Shown one piece after another: positions 1 to 12,163 of a stretch of DNA of 64,000 nt. Both the position numbers and the translations under genes were made by a program. The DNA comes from Octopus vulgaris. Lineage: Eukaryota. The notes beneath the pieces were generated by a model. The model made no database searches. It saw only the letters and a program-made list of their open reading frames with translations, and had not been told where the DNA came from. Positions within the stretch are counted from its first letter, which is position 1, and each line of letters begins with the position of its first letter. Where the stretch lies: assembly GCA_951406725.2 (NCBI GenBank), contig OX597815.1:26412001-26476000 (forward strand). The letters run 5' to 3'.

Positions 1-104
1 GAATACTCCTCTCTCTACTAAACCCGGAACTGAAACCAGTTCCGCACCGCCGTATAGTAAACACTATCCTCATCCATTTACCCACCTCCCCAATCGGATT
101 AAAC

Positions 105-1075
105 AACTAGAACCCGGGACATTATCTGATTCCACCCCTCTCCTCCACCCTTAATATTCAGACTCGAGTACCTAGACTCTTCCTCGCCCTACTCGAAAAA
201 CTTATCCCTAAATCTAGCCCCTTTAGAAAAATATTTAAAATATTTAATCTATAAAATTGTCCTACTCCACCACCACCAACATTGCCGGAGTTAACCGACA
301 TCTTAACAAGAAACTCAGAAGTCCACAACCAGAAAACCTCCAATCTAATAAATTAACTCAACATAACAGCCCAGATCCATATGTATAAACCAAAAACACC
401 AATTGACCCCCTTATAGTTGGAACTATAACTCCAACTATAATTCCACTACTAACACCCGATCCTTAAATTTACCACAACGCCCAACTATACCTCTTGTAT
501 AAATAGAGAGCGACACAGAATATACCAGATATCATATCATAGAACCCTACAATATCACACTCAACTCCTTAACAAATATTAATCTTAACGCCAGCAATAA
601 CGACGAATCTAACACCGGTTCCTGACTAAATAACAATCCGTTCACAAGTTCATCCGGAACACCTCCTACAAACCTATCTAGTTGTAGACGCCCAACTTCC
701 TGACCTTTAGATAACTGCTGTCTCACAAAAAACATCGTTTATAATTGTACGGTATCAACTGCCAACTATAACTACATATATATCGGCTCATGTAGCACCA
801 CTTTCAAAGCTAGAGTAAGCAACCACTACTCCATTTTCAAATCCCAAACAAAATCGAGAAGTACATCGTTATCTCAGCTTATCAATAAACTAAAATTTGA
901 TTCAACTTCTTACACTCTCAAGTGGTCCATAGTCACTCACGCCAAGCAAGCCATAACAAGTGTGATTTCTGCATAACTGAGGTCTTGACTATCTTGCAAT
1001 TCATGTCTTAATGGACACAACAGTATAAATTTTACCTGCAAACATCGGTCACAAAATGTATTCTCAAAATATTAA
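105..1075 (+). mobile_element. Decayed Penelope-like retroelement: RT-EN linker, Cys-rich knuckle and C-terminal GIY-YIG endonuclease
   Basis: Manual translation across frameshifts gives II*FHP..NIQTRVPRLFLALLEKLIPKSSPFRKIF..KLSYSTTTNIAG (~121-290). From 683 it gives CRRPTS*PLDNCCLTKNIVYNCTV..YIYIGSCSTTFKARVSNHYSIF..TSLSQLINKLK..LKWSI..CDFCITE..CKHR. This matches the PLE IIWFNPP / VY..YIG..R..H / CxxC..CRH pattern. Confidence 0.88.
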
Positions 1076-1602
1076 TAACAACAACCCCACACCGCTTTTG
1101 CCCTAACCTTCATAAATCTTCCCTCTCATCTACCTTCACTACCACTATATATTAAACCAATCTATCTTCCCTTTAATTCCTTATTGTCATTTACATACTT
1201 CTCTGTAGTTCTCCTTACCATTTAAGAATTTTCTTTTTCTTATTTCACCTGCCTCCCCACTTATACCTTAAAGTGATGGAAGAGAGGTTTTGTTTGTGCG
1301 CCTTTCACTGTATTCATATCTTCATAGATGCGAAGTATAAATTAAAAATTTAGAGTTCAGAAGCGTTTGTTACTATTTCCGGTTTACTTTCATATTCAAA
1401 ACCAACCTCTGTGCGTGTGCGTGTGCGTGTGCATACATGCGTGTGTATGTGTATGCATGAGAGTCTGTGTATATTTTCACGTATAGTAAAGATCAAGTTA
1501 TCTGAGACGTCACGATGAATTCGACTTCGCTCTCAGTATAGAGTAACGGTATCAGAGTACATACTTTGTTATTATTCTTAAAAGTGCTTTAAAATACATT
1601 AT

Positions 1603-1641
<39 letters not shown>

Positions 1642-1681
1642 CACACACACACACAGACACACACACACACACATATATATA

Positions 1682-1840
1682 GGCGTAGGTGTGACCGTGT
1701 GGTAAGAAGCTTGCTTACCAACCATATGGCTCTGGGTTCAGACTTACTGCGTGGTTTGTGCAAGTTTCTTCTACTATAGCCTCGGGCGGACCAAAGCCTT
1801 GTGAGTGGACTTGGCAGACGGAAACTGAAAGAACCCCGCC

Positions 1841-1905
<65 letters not shown>

Positions 1906-2094
1906 GTCTGTGTTTGTCACCAACCATCGCTTGGCAACCGATGTTGGTTTGCGTACTCTGTAACCTAGCGGTTCGACAAAGAGATCGATAGAATAGGTAC
2001 TAGGCTTACAAGGAGTAAGCCTTGGGGGCGATTTCTTCGACTAAAGGCGGTGCTCCAGCATTGCCGCATTGAAATAATTGAAACAAATAAAAGA
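1682..2094 (+). mobile_element. tRNA-head SINE, family B, with internal (TA)n
   Basis: Head ggcgtaggtgtgaccgtgtggtaag..gggttcag, body ctatagcctcgggc..gacggaaactgaaag, tail cgactaaaggcggtgctccagca. Several homologous copies in this window. Confidence 0.9.
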
Positions 2095-2228
2095 ATATAT
2101 ATATTATTTATAAATTCATAAATAAGCATATTTATATGTGTACGTTTGTGCCTGTATCCGAACGAGCATGCATAGAAATTTACGCACAACACATGTTTGC
2201 ATCTATTTATACATATACACATGTAAAA

Positions 2229-2439
2229 GGCGGCGAGATGGCAGAAACGTTTGCACGCTGGGCGAAATGCGTAGCCGTATTTCGTCTGCCGCTACGTTCT
2301 GAGTTCAAATTCCGCCGAGGTCGACTTTGCCTTTCATCCTTTCGGGGTCGATAAATTAAGTACCAGTTACGCACTTAATTCGTTTGTCTGTTCTTGTTTG
2401 TCCCCTCTATGTGTAGCCACTTGTGGGTAATAAAGAAAC
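2229..2439 (+). mobile_element. SINE family A
   Basis: ggcggcgag.tggcagaa..gagttcaaattccgccgaggtcgactttgcctttcatcctttcggggtcgataaattaagtaccag. A/B-box-like head; more than 12 copies in this window. Confidence 0.9.
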
Positions 2440-2556
2440 ATATACATATACACATGCATATATTTTCACAAATAAATATAATGATAAAGAAGCACTATTT
2501 ATCAACCAAACAAATAAACAACCACAAACAAGCATGTAAATAGATGCGTAGTATTA

Positions 2557-2589
<33 letters not shown>

Positions 2590-2951
2590 ATTACTAATAA
2601 ATTAAGCAAATTAACATACTGCACAACATATCGAAAGACGTAGAGATAAATCAAAATTCCTGATCTCGTGATTTTAAAAATGTATAGAATGGCAAAATGG
2701 CCACCCAAATTTGTAGACATAATGCCTCTGGAAATTTTCCCAGTGGGAATGGTTTCAATGGTTTGAAATGTATAGTACATGTCAAACCAACTGAAAGTTT
2801 TGGTGTGGCTTTTGTTGTCGTTTTTTTTTGTTTGTTTGGGCTTTGTTTTTACATTTTATTTTCATTTTCTTTTTCTCACTACACGTTTTGGCCAGAATGT
2901 ATTTTACTCAAGTGAAGAAAGGAACGAAAAGTGTCGAATATTTCCATAACT

Positions 2952-3121
2952 GACGCAGGCATGGCTGTGTAGTTAAGAAGCTTCTTTCCCAACCATGCGA
3001 TCTTAGATTCAGTCTCATTATGCGGCACCTTAGGCAAGCCTCTTGTTTTATAGCACCGGGCGGAACAAAGCATTGTAGGTGGATTTGCTAGACGGAAACT
3101 GAAAGCTGCCAATCGTGTAAC

Positions 3122-3173
<52 letters not shown>

Positions 3174-3377
3174 GTATTTGCCCACCACCACTGCCGTTTA
3201 ATAACCGGTGTTTGTATGTTTACGCCCTCGTAAGTTGATTCGGTAAAAGAGATCGCTAGAATAAGTATCAGGCGTAAAAATAAGCACTGATGCCAATTTG
3301 TTCGACTAAACCCCTCCAGGTGGGGAGTCACCATAGCCGCACTCCCATGACTGAAGCAAGTAGAAGATAAAAGATAA
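2952..3377 (+). mobile_element. SINE family B, diverged
   Basis: Colinear with 1682-2094, with internal (TG)n. Confidence 0.85.
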
Positions 3378-3475
3378 ATTCACCTACGCATACTTCAGAA
3401 TAATGTAAAATAGTTTACAATGAATTTAGCCGCATATAATTCATTCACATGACTCTCTTATATATTGCCGTAGAT

Positions 3476-3733
3476 CATGTTTCTCAAGAGGGGTCCATGT
3501 GACCCTTAGGGATCTATATGATATTTTGTTGTTAAAATTCATGTGCACTAAACTGATTATATTTCTCAAATACACAAAATATTCAAACATATTTTAATAC
3601 AATTCTTAATAATATTTAATCATTAAAAATATAATAGGAGTTTTTAGACATCGAATGGCTATAAGGGTTCTAATCCGTGAGTAGAATAGGAATCAAAGGG
3701 GTCCATAGGGAAAAAAATTGTTGAGAACCACTG
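3476..3733. mobile_element. hAT-type MITE
   Basis: Termini catgtttctcaa / ttgagaaccactg (CAGTGGTTCTCAA-type TIR), flanked by near-identical 8-bp sites ccgtagat / ctgtagat. Confidence 0.75.
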
Positions 3734-4016
3734 CTGTAGATGATGAGGAGAAAGATATTGCCGAGAAAAAAGGATTAGTCCGCAGAAGGCTCTGAATGTA
3801 CTGGGTGGTTATGTGGTAATGTTAAGCCGAACGACCTACTGAGTCTACCACCCAAATAAGCTACAGTAGAATTCGATCTCAGAACAAAAGAAATTAGGGA
3901 ACAACAGGGATCTGATCATAGGATGCTATACTTCTCCCAATCCACCATAGTGAATAGGTACTTTTTTATGACGTCAAAAGAGCAAAAGGCAAGATTTGAA
4001 ATAAGCACGCCCAAAA

Positions 4017-4396
4017 TCTCTATATATAAAGCTGAAGTTGTCTGTGTATGGTAGCCTTCAACTAACACTATCTCCTCCGAGACCCTGCGGCGCAAGTTGA
4101 CCAAAGTTGAGAGTATGATAGAAGAAGGCTTGCTCTTCCTTCCGTAGAAGATAAAATTCAAATCGGACCATGTTAACACCAAAAATTATTTATATAAAAA
4201 AGGTGCTTTCTTTCTTTGAAAATCCCAATTTTTTACGATTTTTTTACTGCTGTGTCGCCATTTTTCGGTGTATTTCAACCAGAAAATGTTCACTTTAAGA
4301 GAATAACAAGCTACATAATGTAAAATTTTTACTTTTCAAAAATTCCAATTCTAAAGGGTCGAAACAAACCCGAGCAACGCCGGGCGATACTGCTAG
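4017..4396 (+). mobile_element. Non-autonomous Helitron
   Basis: Starts TC (tctctatatataaa), ends CTAG, has subterminal hairpin cccgagcaacgccggg (4369-4384), sits between host A and T, no TSD. Confidence 0.85.
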
Positions 4397-5530
4397 TATT
4401 AGAATAAATACAAGGAATCATCTTATCTGACGCTTTAACGATTCTGCAAATTCGTTACTGTTGCTGAAAATGACGTTGCTGCTGCCGAAATCCTCTTCAA
4501 GTGGACCATAAGAAACGTTCGGGTCCGTCAACCACAAAGACTTTCAACTGCCTCAAGCGGCTCCGACACACCAGGAAGTAAAACCCACATTGCTATACTA
4601 ATATACTACTGTGAAGGTCGCTTTACTTTTTTTTCTTTCGCAAGGAGTCATTTCGTCTGGCGTCTTGTGGAGTTAGTAACTTATTAAAACATCGTTGTTG
4701 TCACCATTGACGTTAAAGTTGTAGTTGTAGCAGTAGTTGTAGGCGCCTCCATTAAGCTGGCGACAGTTTCAATTCTCGGTTAGAACCGCTTCATTTATAT
4801 CCCTCGTTACACAATTCCATTTCTGTTTTGCCATAAACCTCAATCCCTGTACCAATCAATGTAAATAATTATAATTATATGTAATTGCCTTAGCAGTAAG
4901 ACGGTAAAACCGGTTCAGTGACATTAAAAGCTTCTTAGTATTTAATTCTGTTCCTCTGCATTTTGAGTTCACGTCCTACGTATCTTTCTACAATGATCAA
5001 CAAAATAAATAATATTCAGTAATATTCAATTGACGCAAACCCTCGTCTACAAAAAGACTCCCTGTGTCTGGGCACTACTATTTAAAATAAATGTATCGAT
5101 GATCTTATTATAGTCCGTGAATTTTAATTCCGAGTTAAAACACCATAGTTTGCTAACAATCTCCTATGATATTTTGTAAATAATCCTAACCATCGCTGGA
5201 CATCTGAGAACTTGTGTTTCAATATGAATTCAAAATTACGATGTTTAACTCCCAAATGTCATCTAAGTGTAAACTGGTAACACAAAGTAAAACGGATCTA
5301 ACTTCAAGTAACAAAAGAACTGTGAAAAACGGTATGTCATGTGTGCCAGTGTCAAAATGGCTGAGAAATACTGGTCTAGACTTCGTCTTAAATTACTTAA
5401 TGCAATAAACTGTTCCCTGGCGATCTGTTGTGGTTGAGTATCTAAATGCACTTGGAACACTTACTCCTGGGCTCTAAACAACCATAATGGCGAAACCCGC
5501 GTAAGAACTATATTAACTTTTATGCTTATA

Positions 5531-5670
5531 GGTCGACTTTGACTTTCATCCTTTCGGTGTCGATAAATAAAGTACCAGTTACGCACTGGGGTCGATGTAA
5601 TTGACTTAATCCCTTTGTCCGTCCTTGTTTGTCTCCTCTATGTTTAGCCCCATGTGGGCAATAAAGAAAT
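5531..5670 (+). mobile_element. SINE family A, 5'-truncated
   Basis: Core ggtcgactttgactttcatcctttcgg and tail cccatgtgggcaataaagaaata. Confidence 0.85.
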
Positions 5671-5701
5671 ATATTAACTTTTATGCTTATCCTTATTTCT
5701 C

Positions 5702-5737
<36 letters not shown>

Positions 5738-5741
5738 TTGT

Positions 5742-6200
5742 TGGCCACTTCCCATGCAAAATACTAGTGCCAGTTTGCCAGTGTGGGTTGCAGGCTCAAA
5801 AATATGGGAGCGTCATGATCCCAAGCGCAAGCAAAAGCTTCAAAATGTTCAATACAATTCCCTGCATATCTGATTTTATACCAGAGTGGCCTTCTCCTAG
5901 AGACATGCTTTTACAAAAGTTTAAGGGTGTCTTACTTTCAGTGGAGTTCCAGCAAGCCGGGCACCATCCGAAATTTCTGTGGGCCCTTGCTATTGCATGA
6001 TGGTCATTGAAACTACATTAAGTTCAACTGTCCTTTTGACAGGTCTTGTTTTTAGTTCAACTGAGTTTGTAGCAACCCCCTCCTCACCAAGCAAGCCTAG
6101 TGGAGGTGTCGGTTTAGTCGCCGACGACCCGACCATGCAACAGGTTGTACTGGATTCCTTGTTACCAGTACCACTCGGGAGAAACCTCACAAGTGACTTG
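5742..6200 (-). mobile_element. Dispersed repeat, probably a LINE 5' region
   Basis: Reverse complement aligns by eye with 36805-37310 (cctgttgcat.gtcgg..gactaaaccg..ctccac.agg..ctgtcaaaag..gaact.a.tgtag..tcaa.gac.atc..aagtaag.ca). LINE identity is inference. Confidence 0.55.
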
Positions 6201-6205
6201 TCACT

Positions 6206-6301
<96 letters not shown>

Positions 6302-6407
6302 AATCCCTCCCCCAAAAAAAACGAAGAGCAAACACAATAAAATCAACAACGCGAGGACGTGGTACATGTAAAGTATTAGCAGGCGCTCAGGGAAGGAAAG
6401 AAAGGTG

Positions 6408-6442
6408 GTTTTACCTTTCGAGCAAAGCTCTTCTTCAGAAAC
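6408..6442 (-). ncRNA. Minimal type I hammerhead ribozyme motif inside a (TA)n-flanked element (~6299-6500)
   Basis: Minus strand GUUU-CUGAAGA-A-GAGC(UUU)GCUC-GAAAG-GUA-AAAC. One mismatch in stem III. Homologous to the 29002-29210 element. Confidence 0.7.
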
Positions 6443-7003
6443 AGGAGACAGAGGAAAGTTCAATAGAAAAGAAAGACGGAAGAAAAAAACATATAAAATA
6501 TATATGTATATGAGAGATCGAGCAACCACTCAGACTACCCCCACAGTCGCACGTTGTTACATTGCATTTATAAAATAGGTGTGAAACGTTTGTCAGTGTT
6601 TCACAGTTTCGTGTTTATCAACGAACTCTACTTAGTAGTGATTTGATTGTGATTTTCTTATTGGTGGGGTGGATTTATTTAAGCATTTAACCGTTGTTTG
6701 CATTACTGCCCAAGTATTTTATTAAGCAGCAAATTATTTGAAATATCATATGTCGCCATTTCAAGTGGTGTGTCTGAACTCATAGAGATGGAATGGCGAA
6801 TATCACAGTGTCATTACAGTCTCCGCCCATTCATTTCAAGTGGCTGTATAATTATCAGAAATACTTTGGCACATTATTCACAGAAAATTATTTCCCATGC
6901 ACTATTCACGAAAAGATTGAGGGCTTTCGCACACATACGCACATACAAACACGCCAAACGCATGTATGCATATATATATATATGCATACATGTACACACA
7001 CAC

Positions 7004-7077
<74 letters not shown>

Positions 7078-7094
7078 TTCACCATCGGTTACGA

Positions 7095-7265
7095 CGGTGA
7101 GCGTTATTTTTGAGATACTTGCTCGATAAATTAACGTGCAAGTGGGTGAGCACTCCACAGAGACATGTGGAGTTCTCAGGGAGATTCAGCATGACACAGA
7201 ATGTTATATATCTGGCCCATTGATCTACAGCTACAACGCTTTTTTGCCAGCTGAGTGGAATGGAG
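7095..7265 (-). mobile_element. SINE fragment sharing its 3' part with the 31282 SINE
   Basis: tgctcgataaattaacgtgcaagtgggtgagcactccacaga is the reverse complement of a motif at ~31560-31602. Confidence 0.7.
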
Positions 7266-7267
7266 TG

Positions 7268-7430
7268 GGGGCTAGTCGATTAGATCAGCCCCCAGTACCT
7301 AATTTATCGACCCCTAAAGGATGAAAGGCAATGTCGACCTCGGCGGAATTTGAACTCAGAACGTAAAGACAGACGAAATACTGCTAAGCATTTCGCCTGG
7401 CGTGCTAACATTTCTGCCAGCTCGCCGCCT
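7268..7430 (-). mobile_element. SINE family A
   Basis: Reverse complement of the family A head and core. Confidence 0.9.
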
Positions 7431-7482
7431 TAGAAAGGATTATAATAACGATTATTAGAAAGGATTATAATAACGATTATTA

Positions 7483-7670
7483 AGGAGGCGTGCTGGGAGA
7501 ACCGTTAGCGCATTGGACGAAATGCTATGCTACGTTCTGAGTTCAAATTTCGCCGAGGTCGACTTTACCCTTCATCCTTTCCTAAGTACAAATTGAACAC
7601 TTGGGTCAATGTAATCGACTTATACCCTCCCCCGAATTTGTTGACCTTGTGCCAAAATGTAAAACCACTA
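7483..7670 (+). mobile_element. SINE family A, diverged; a still older copy follows at ~7695-7900
   Basis: aggaggcgtgctgggaga..gagttcaaatttcgccgaggtcgacttt. Confidence 0.8.
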
Positions 7671-8097
7671 TTATTATATATTGTTATTGTTGTTAGGGCG
7701 GTGACCGAGCAGAATTGTTAAAACGTTGGAATAAATGGTATGCAGTATTTCTTTCAACTCTTAACGTTCTGAGTTCAAATTTTCTCAAGGTCAATACAAC
7801 CTTTCGTCCCTTGATAAAATATAATACCAATCAGACACTGACGTCGATGCCATCGGCTACACTCGCTCCCTTTAAAATTGGTGGCACTGTGCCTTAAATT
7901 AGTAGTAATCACCACCACTAATCATCAGTACTATCATATCACCGAAGTCTAATTCTGTGGATTTAGTTGTACGAAATTCTGTTATTCCCTTGCTGAATAC
8001 ATATATGTATATGTAAATATACCGTTCAGAAGAAAGGGGAGGGGGAAATAGAGCTTTGCTTAGCTTATGGCACTAAAAATATATATACATGTGTGTT

Positions 8098-8106
<9 letters not shown>

Positions 8107-8173
<67 letters not shown>

Positions 8174-8183
8174 TCTCTCTCTC
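8107..8183. repeat. (CT)n microsatellite
   Basis: Read directly. Confidence 0.98.
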
Positions 8184-8308
8184 TGCTTATTTCTCCAGTT
8201 CTGAAAATAATTCATTTAAAAAATCTTCGTGAGTATAGATGGAGCGATCGTGTCTTGTTCCCAGTAGAATTGCTATTATTTCCGACTCATTTCAATGCAT
8301 AAACGTCC

Positions 8309-8376
<68 letters not shown>

Positions 8377-9662
8377 TGTGTGTGTATGTGTGTGTGTGTC
8401 TGTGTCTGTGTGTGTGTGTGAACTTTGTCAGCTTCTCTCATACTTTCATTTCGTCTAAATGCGTAAAAGTGAAATAGTGATCATGCCTTCATATATTCTC
8501 TTGATAAAATACTTTATTTCTACAAGATTCAGTTTTTCTACAGGTGAATCGGTAGCAGAATTCCAAGCATATAATTCCACCCCCATCCCACCCACGAAAT
8601 CCTATTGTTGTTGTTGTTCTTCTTCTTCTTAAGCAACAAGACGGGTAAGGGTGATTAGGTGATGGTCTAGGACTTAGGGGCGGGAGACCCTAGACCTTGG
8701 AAAAAAAACTTTGGTCATCTTGTTGTAGTCGAGGGCTCTTCGTTGACGCCCGACACCAGTGGGAGGTGGCCCTCGAAGTCACTGGAAATGGAGATCTCCA
8801 GGTTCAAATTCTTGAACGGCCCCGAAATCCTGTGTATACTTGGTTCTTTATTCAAGGCGTTAAATGGATAACTATTCTTTTGGAAAATTTGCGACTCTAT
8901 CCAAGAAGATTAAGTACTAATACTCGAGAAACAAGGTGTTACAATAGGAAGCATAACGTAAAATTTGAAATGTATTTGAACCTACTACATTTGAGTTGAC
9001 TATCCAGTTCTTTGTTACTGAGATATTGCTAGAATTGTTCGAGCAGCTGGTAAAATGGTATTGTGGTATTTAGTTACAGCTCTTAACGTACTATGTTCAA
9101 AACCTGCTGAGATCAACTTTTATTTATCCGACTGATAAATTTAAGCCCATTCAACTACTGAATTTATTGATTCAACAAAACACTTCTCTCAAGTGTGCGA
9201 CCTTGTACCAATATAATTTTTTAATGTGGTCTTCCTTCTTTGAAGACAATCAAGTGTTGTCTGCTCTTAATAGCGGATCAAGTTGTCTCGTACGAGCTTC
9301 ACTCGTTGGTTCTTTAGTTCCATGTAAATCGAGCCAACGGTGACGAAAATGTCCAAGAGTCATAGAGACATTTTAAACTGGCTAAATATCTCCATATTTT
9401 ACGAAAAGAACTGAGAATGTGGTTAAGAACAATCCGTTTTACTTTGGAAGGCAGAAAATTTTATAAAACTCACAGAATTTATTTTAATTAGCGAATTTAT
9501 TGTTATTCTGTAACACACATACACACACATATGTGTGTGTGTATGTATATATGTATGTATACCTTTTGATCAAGACACACATGCACACACAGACACATCC
9601 AGAGGAATTTATAGTCTAAAGCAGCTGCTAGAGCATAACTTCTGTGTCCACTTCAAAATGTG

Positions 9663-9780
<118 letters not shown>

Positions 9781-10099
9781 TGGATTTCTGTGAATGTGTA
9801 TGGACGTGTCTCTGTGCATGTATATATGCGTGTATGTGTGGGTGCAGCGTATAAGTAAAGCTCCTTAGAATTTGTTGTTGGTATTTTGTTAGAACTATCG
9901 GACGCCTTACAAGATTCATTTTCGAGTTTCTATAAAACAGCAGCGAAGTCTTCATCAATGTAAACCTTTCCGTCTTAGAAAAAAAAGATTTGCATAATGT
10001 AGCCCTTTGTTCCATACACATAAAAATTACTCCGGATGGTCCCAGCTGCTATGCTCCATTTTACCTCTCGTTACCTCTTGTCACTTGTGGATCACCTGT

Positions 10100-10147
<48 letters not shown>

Positions 10148-10642
10148 CTGCTTATAATCCAACGATAGCGAACCCAGGATTTACCCATCAGATGAAACAC
10201 ATTGGGGTTGTTTGCCTCAAATAGTCCTAAGTTTTTCCTTACAATTCGATGCGGTTAGTCATAACTTGGATTAACTAGAGTGGTTGAAAGGTACCTACCT
10301 GTATATATATATATTTCTTTTCTAATGACGATTTGTAATATTTCTTTGTGTTGTGTGTGAGTCTGTGTACGAGTCTGTATGCACGTGTATGTCTGCAGGT
10401 ATTTGGTTTGAGTGTGTATGTATGTACGTACTTATATATGTATGTATGAATGTATGTATGTATGTATGTATGTATGTATTATATAAACATGTCTTTCCAT
10501 ATGTATGTATGATCTTGTCTTTATGACGTGTCTGTCAGTGCGTTTATATACGTATATCTTTCAATCTATCACTCTATCTATCTATTTATACACACACACG
10601 CATGCACACAAATACACACACACATACATATCTGTATATGTG

Positions 10643-10891
<249 letters not shown>

Positions 10892-11999
10892 TAAATATCC
10901 GCATTCCATTAATATGCTAGAATAAACATCCGCACGTATACATATTTAGCAATAATTAATGTTATGGACATTTACAGTCAAATATGCCTATAAGGTAGAG
11001 CGCTTCCCAGTTCGAGTCTATATTGACATGGCTAAATAATTTGTTTATTCAATTAAGACTATTAACCGAAATCTTTGTTGTTTGTTCGTTTATCTCTACA
11101 TCAGTCGAGGTAATAAACTCTGATAAGTATTTAAGCTCAATTACCCATACTGTACTTTTTGCAGACAAATACTCTTGATTGTTATATGGTCTTATTTTAT
11201 GGACAGGTATCTCTCCGTATCTCTCATAATCATCTCTCACTCTCTCTCCCTCTCTTCTTATTTTGTGTACCTTTATGTGTGTATTTGTGCATACGAACAT
11301 TTATGTGTGTGTGTGTGTGCCTATATGAGTGTGTATGTGTGTGTGTGTTGTGTGTGTGCACATGTGTATACGATGGCGTATGTCTATATATTATGCTTCT
11401 ATGAGGGCGTATAAGGTTGTAAATATATATACACATATAAATATATTTATGGATGTATGAATGAATGATGAATGAATGTATCTATGTACGTATGGGTGTG
11501 ATGATGTGTCTCTATATCAATAAACTTATAATATTAGCAATCCCATTTTCGACATTTGCGTCTCTAGTAATATGAAAAAGGCGTAAGGATGTGCACACAT
11601 ACATATATACGCGTGTGTGTGTGTGTGTAAGAATGCGTGTGTGAAAATATGTATTTGTGTAAATATACATGCATGTATATATACGTGCGTGTGTGTGTGT
11701 GTACATGTCTGTGCAGGCCCACTTGCGTTTGTGTATGTATGTGCGTGTGTGATTTCAGCCGACTCGTTTTCGTGTATGATCGCCATTGCTCTCCTTTCCT
11801 GCTTACTCTTAAAGACCCACTGCCTTGCTATCGTGAACTCTCACAATGATGAAAACGATCAGGAATATGAGAAGATCAAGATTCCACTTCTTAAGCACAG
11901 TATTGCAACGGAGACTCACGGCTATTCTCGCTTCTATTTGACCTTCCATGTTGTCTTATGTATTACGAAACTACGAAAGCGGTAGCATCTTAAAATTGT

Positions 12000-12163
12000 G
12001 TCTGAGAAGCGTCATTCTCTTTTAGTGCCTTATTAATTTAAAACACACACCGGTCTGATTTCCACTCATTTATTTGTTATTTTTTACTAAAATTTTCATT
12101 GCGACTTGCAACCTTTTCAATTGACTTTTGAAAGATTGCAAGTCGCAATGAAAATTTTAGTAA
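12000..12163. mobile_element. Dispersed repeat ending in a fold-back of an HHR-like motif
   Basis: Homologous to ~43000-43120. Inverted arms at 12084-12120 and 12128-12163. Confidence 0.65.

Noticed and set aside
1500-1565. HHR downstream of the first PLE (cacgatga..tcagagtac)
   Set aside because: No GAAA motif. It may be a decayed relative of 28801 but cannot be supported.
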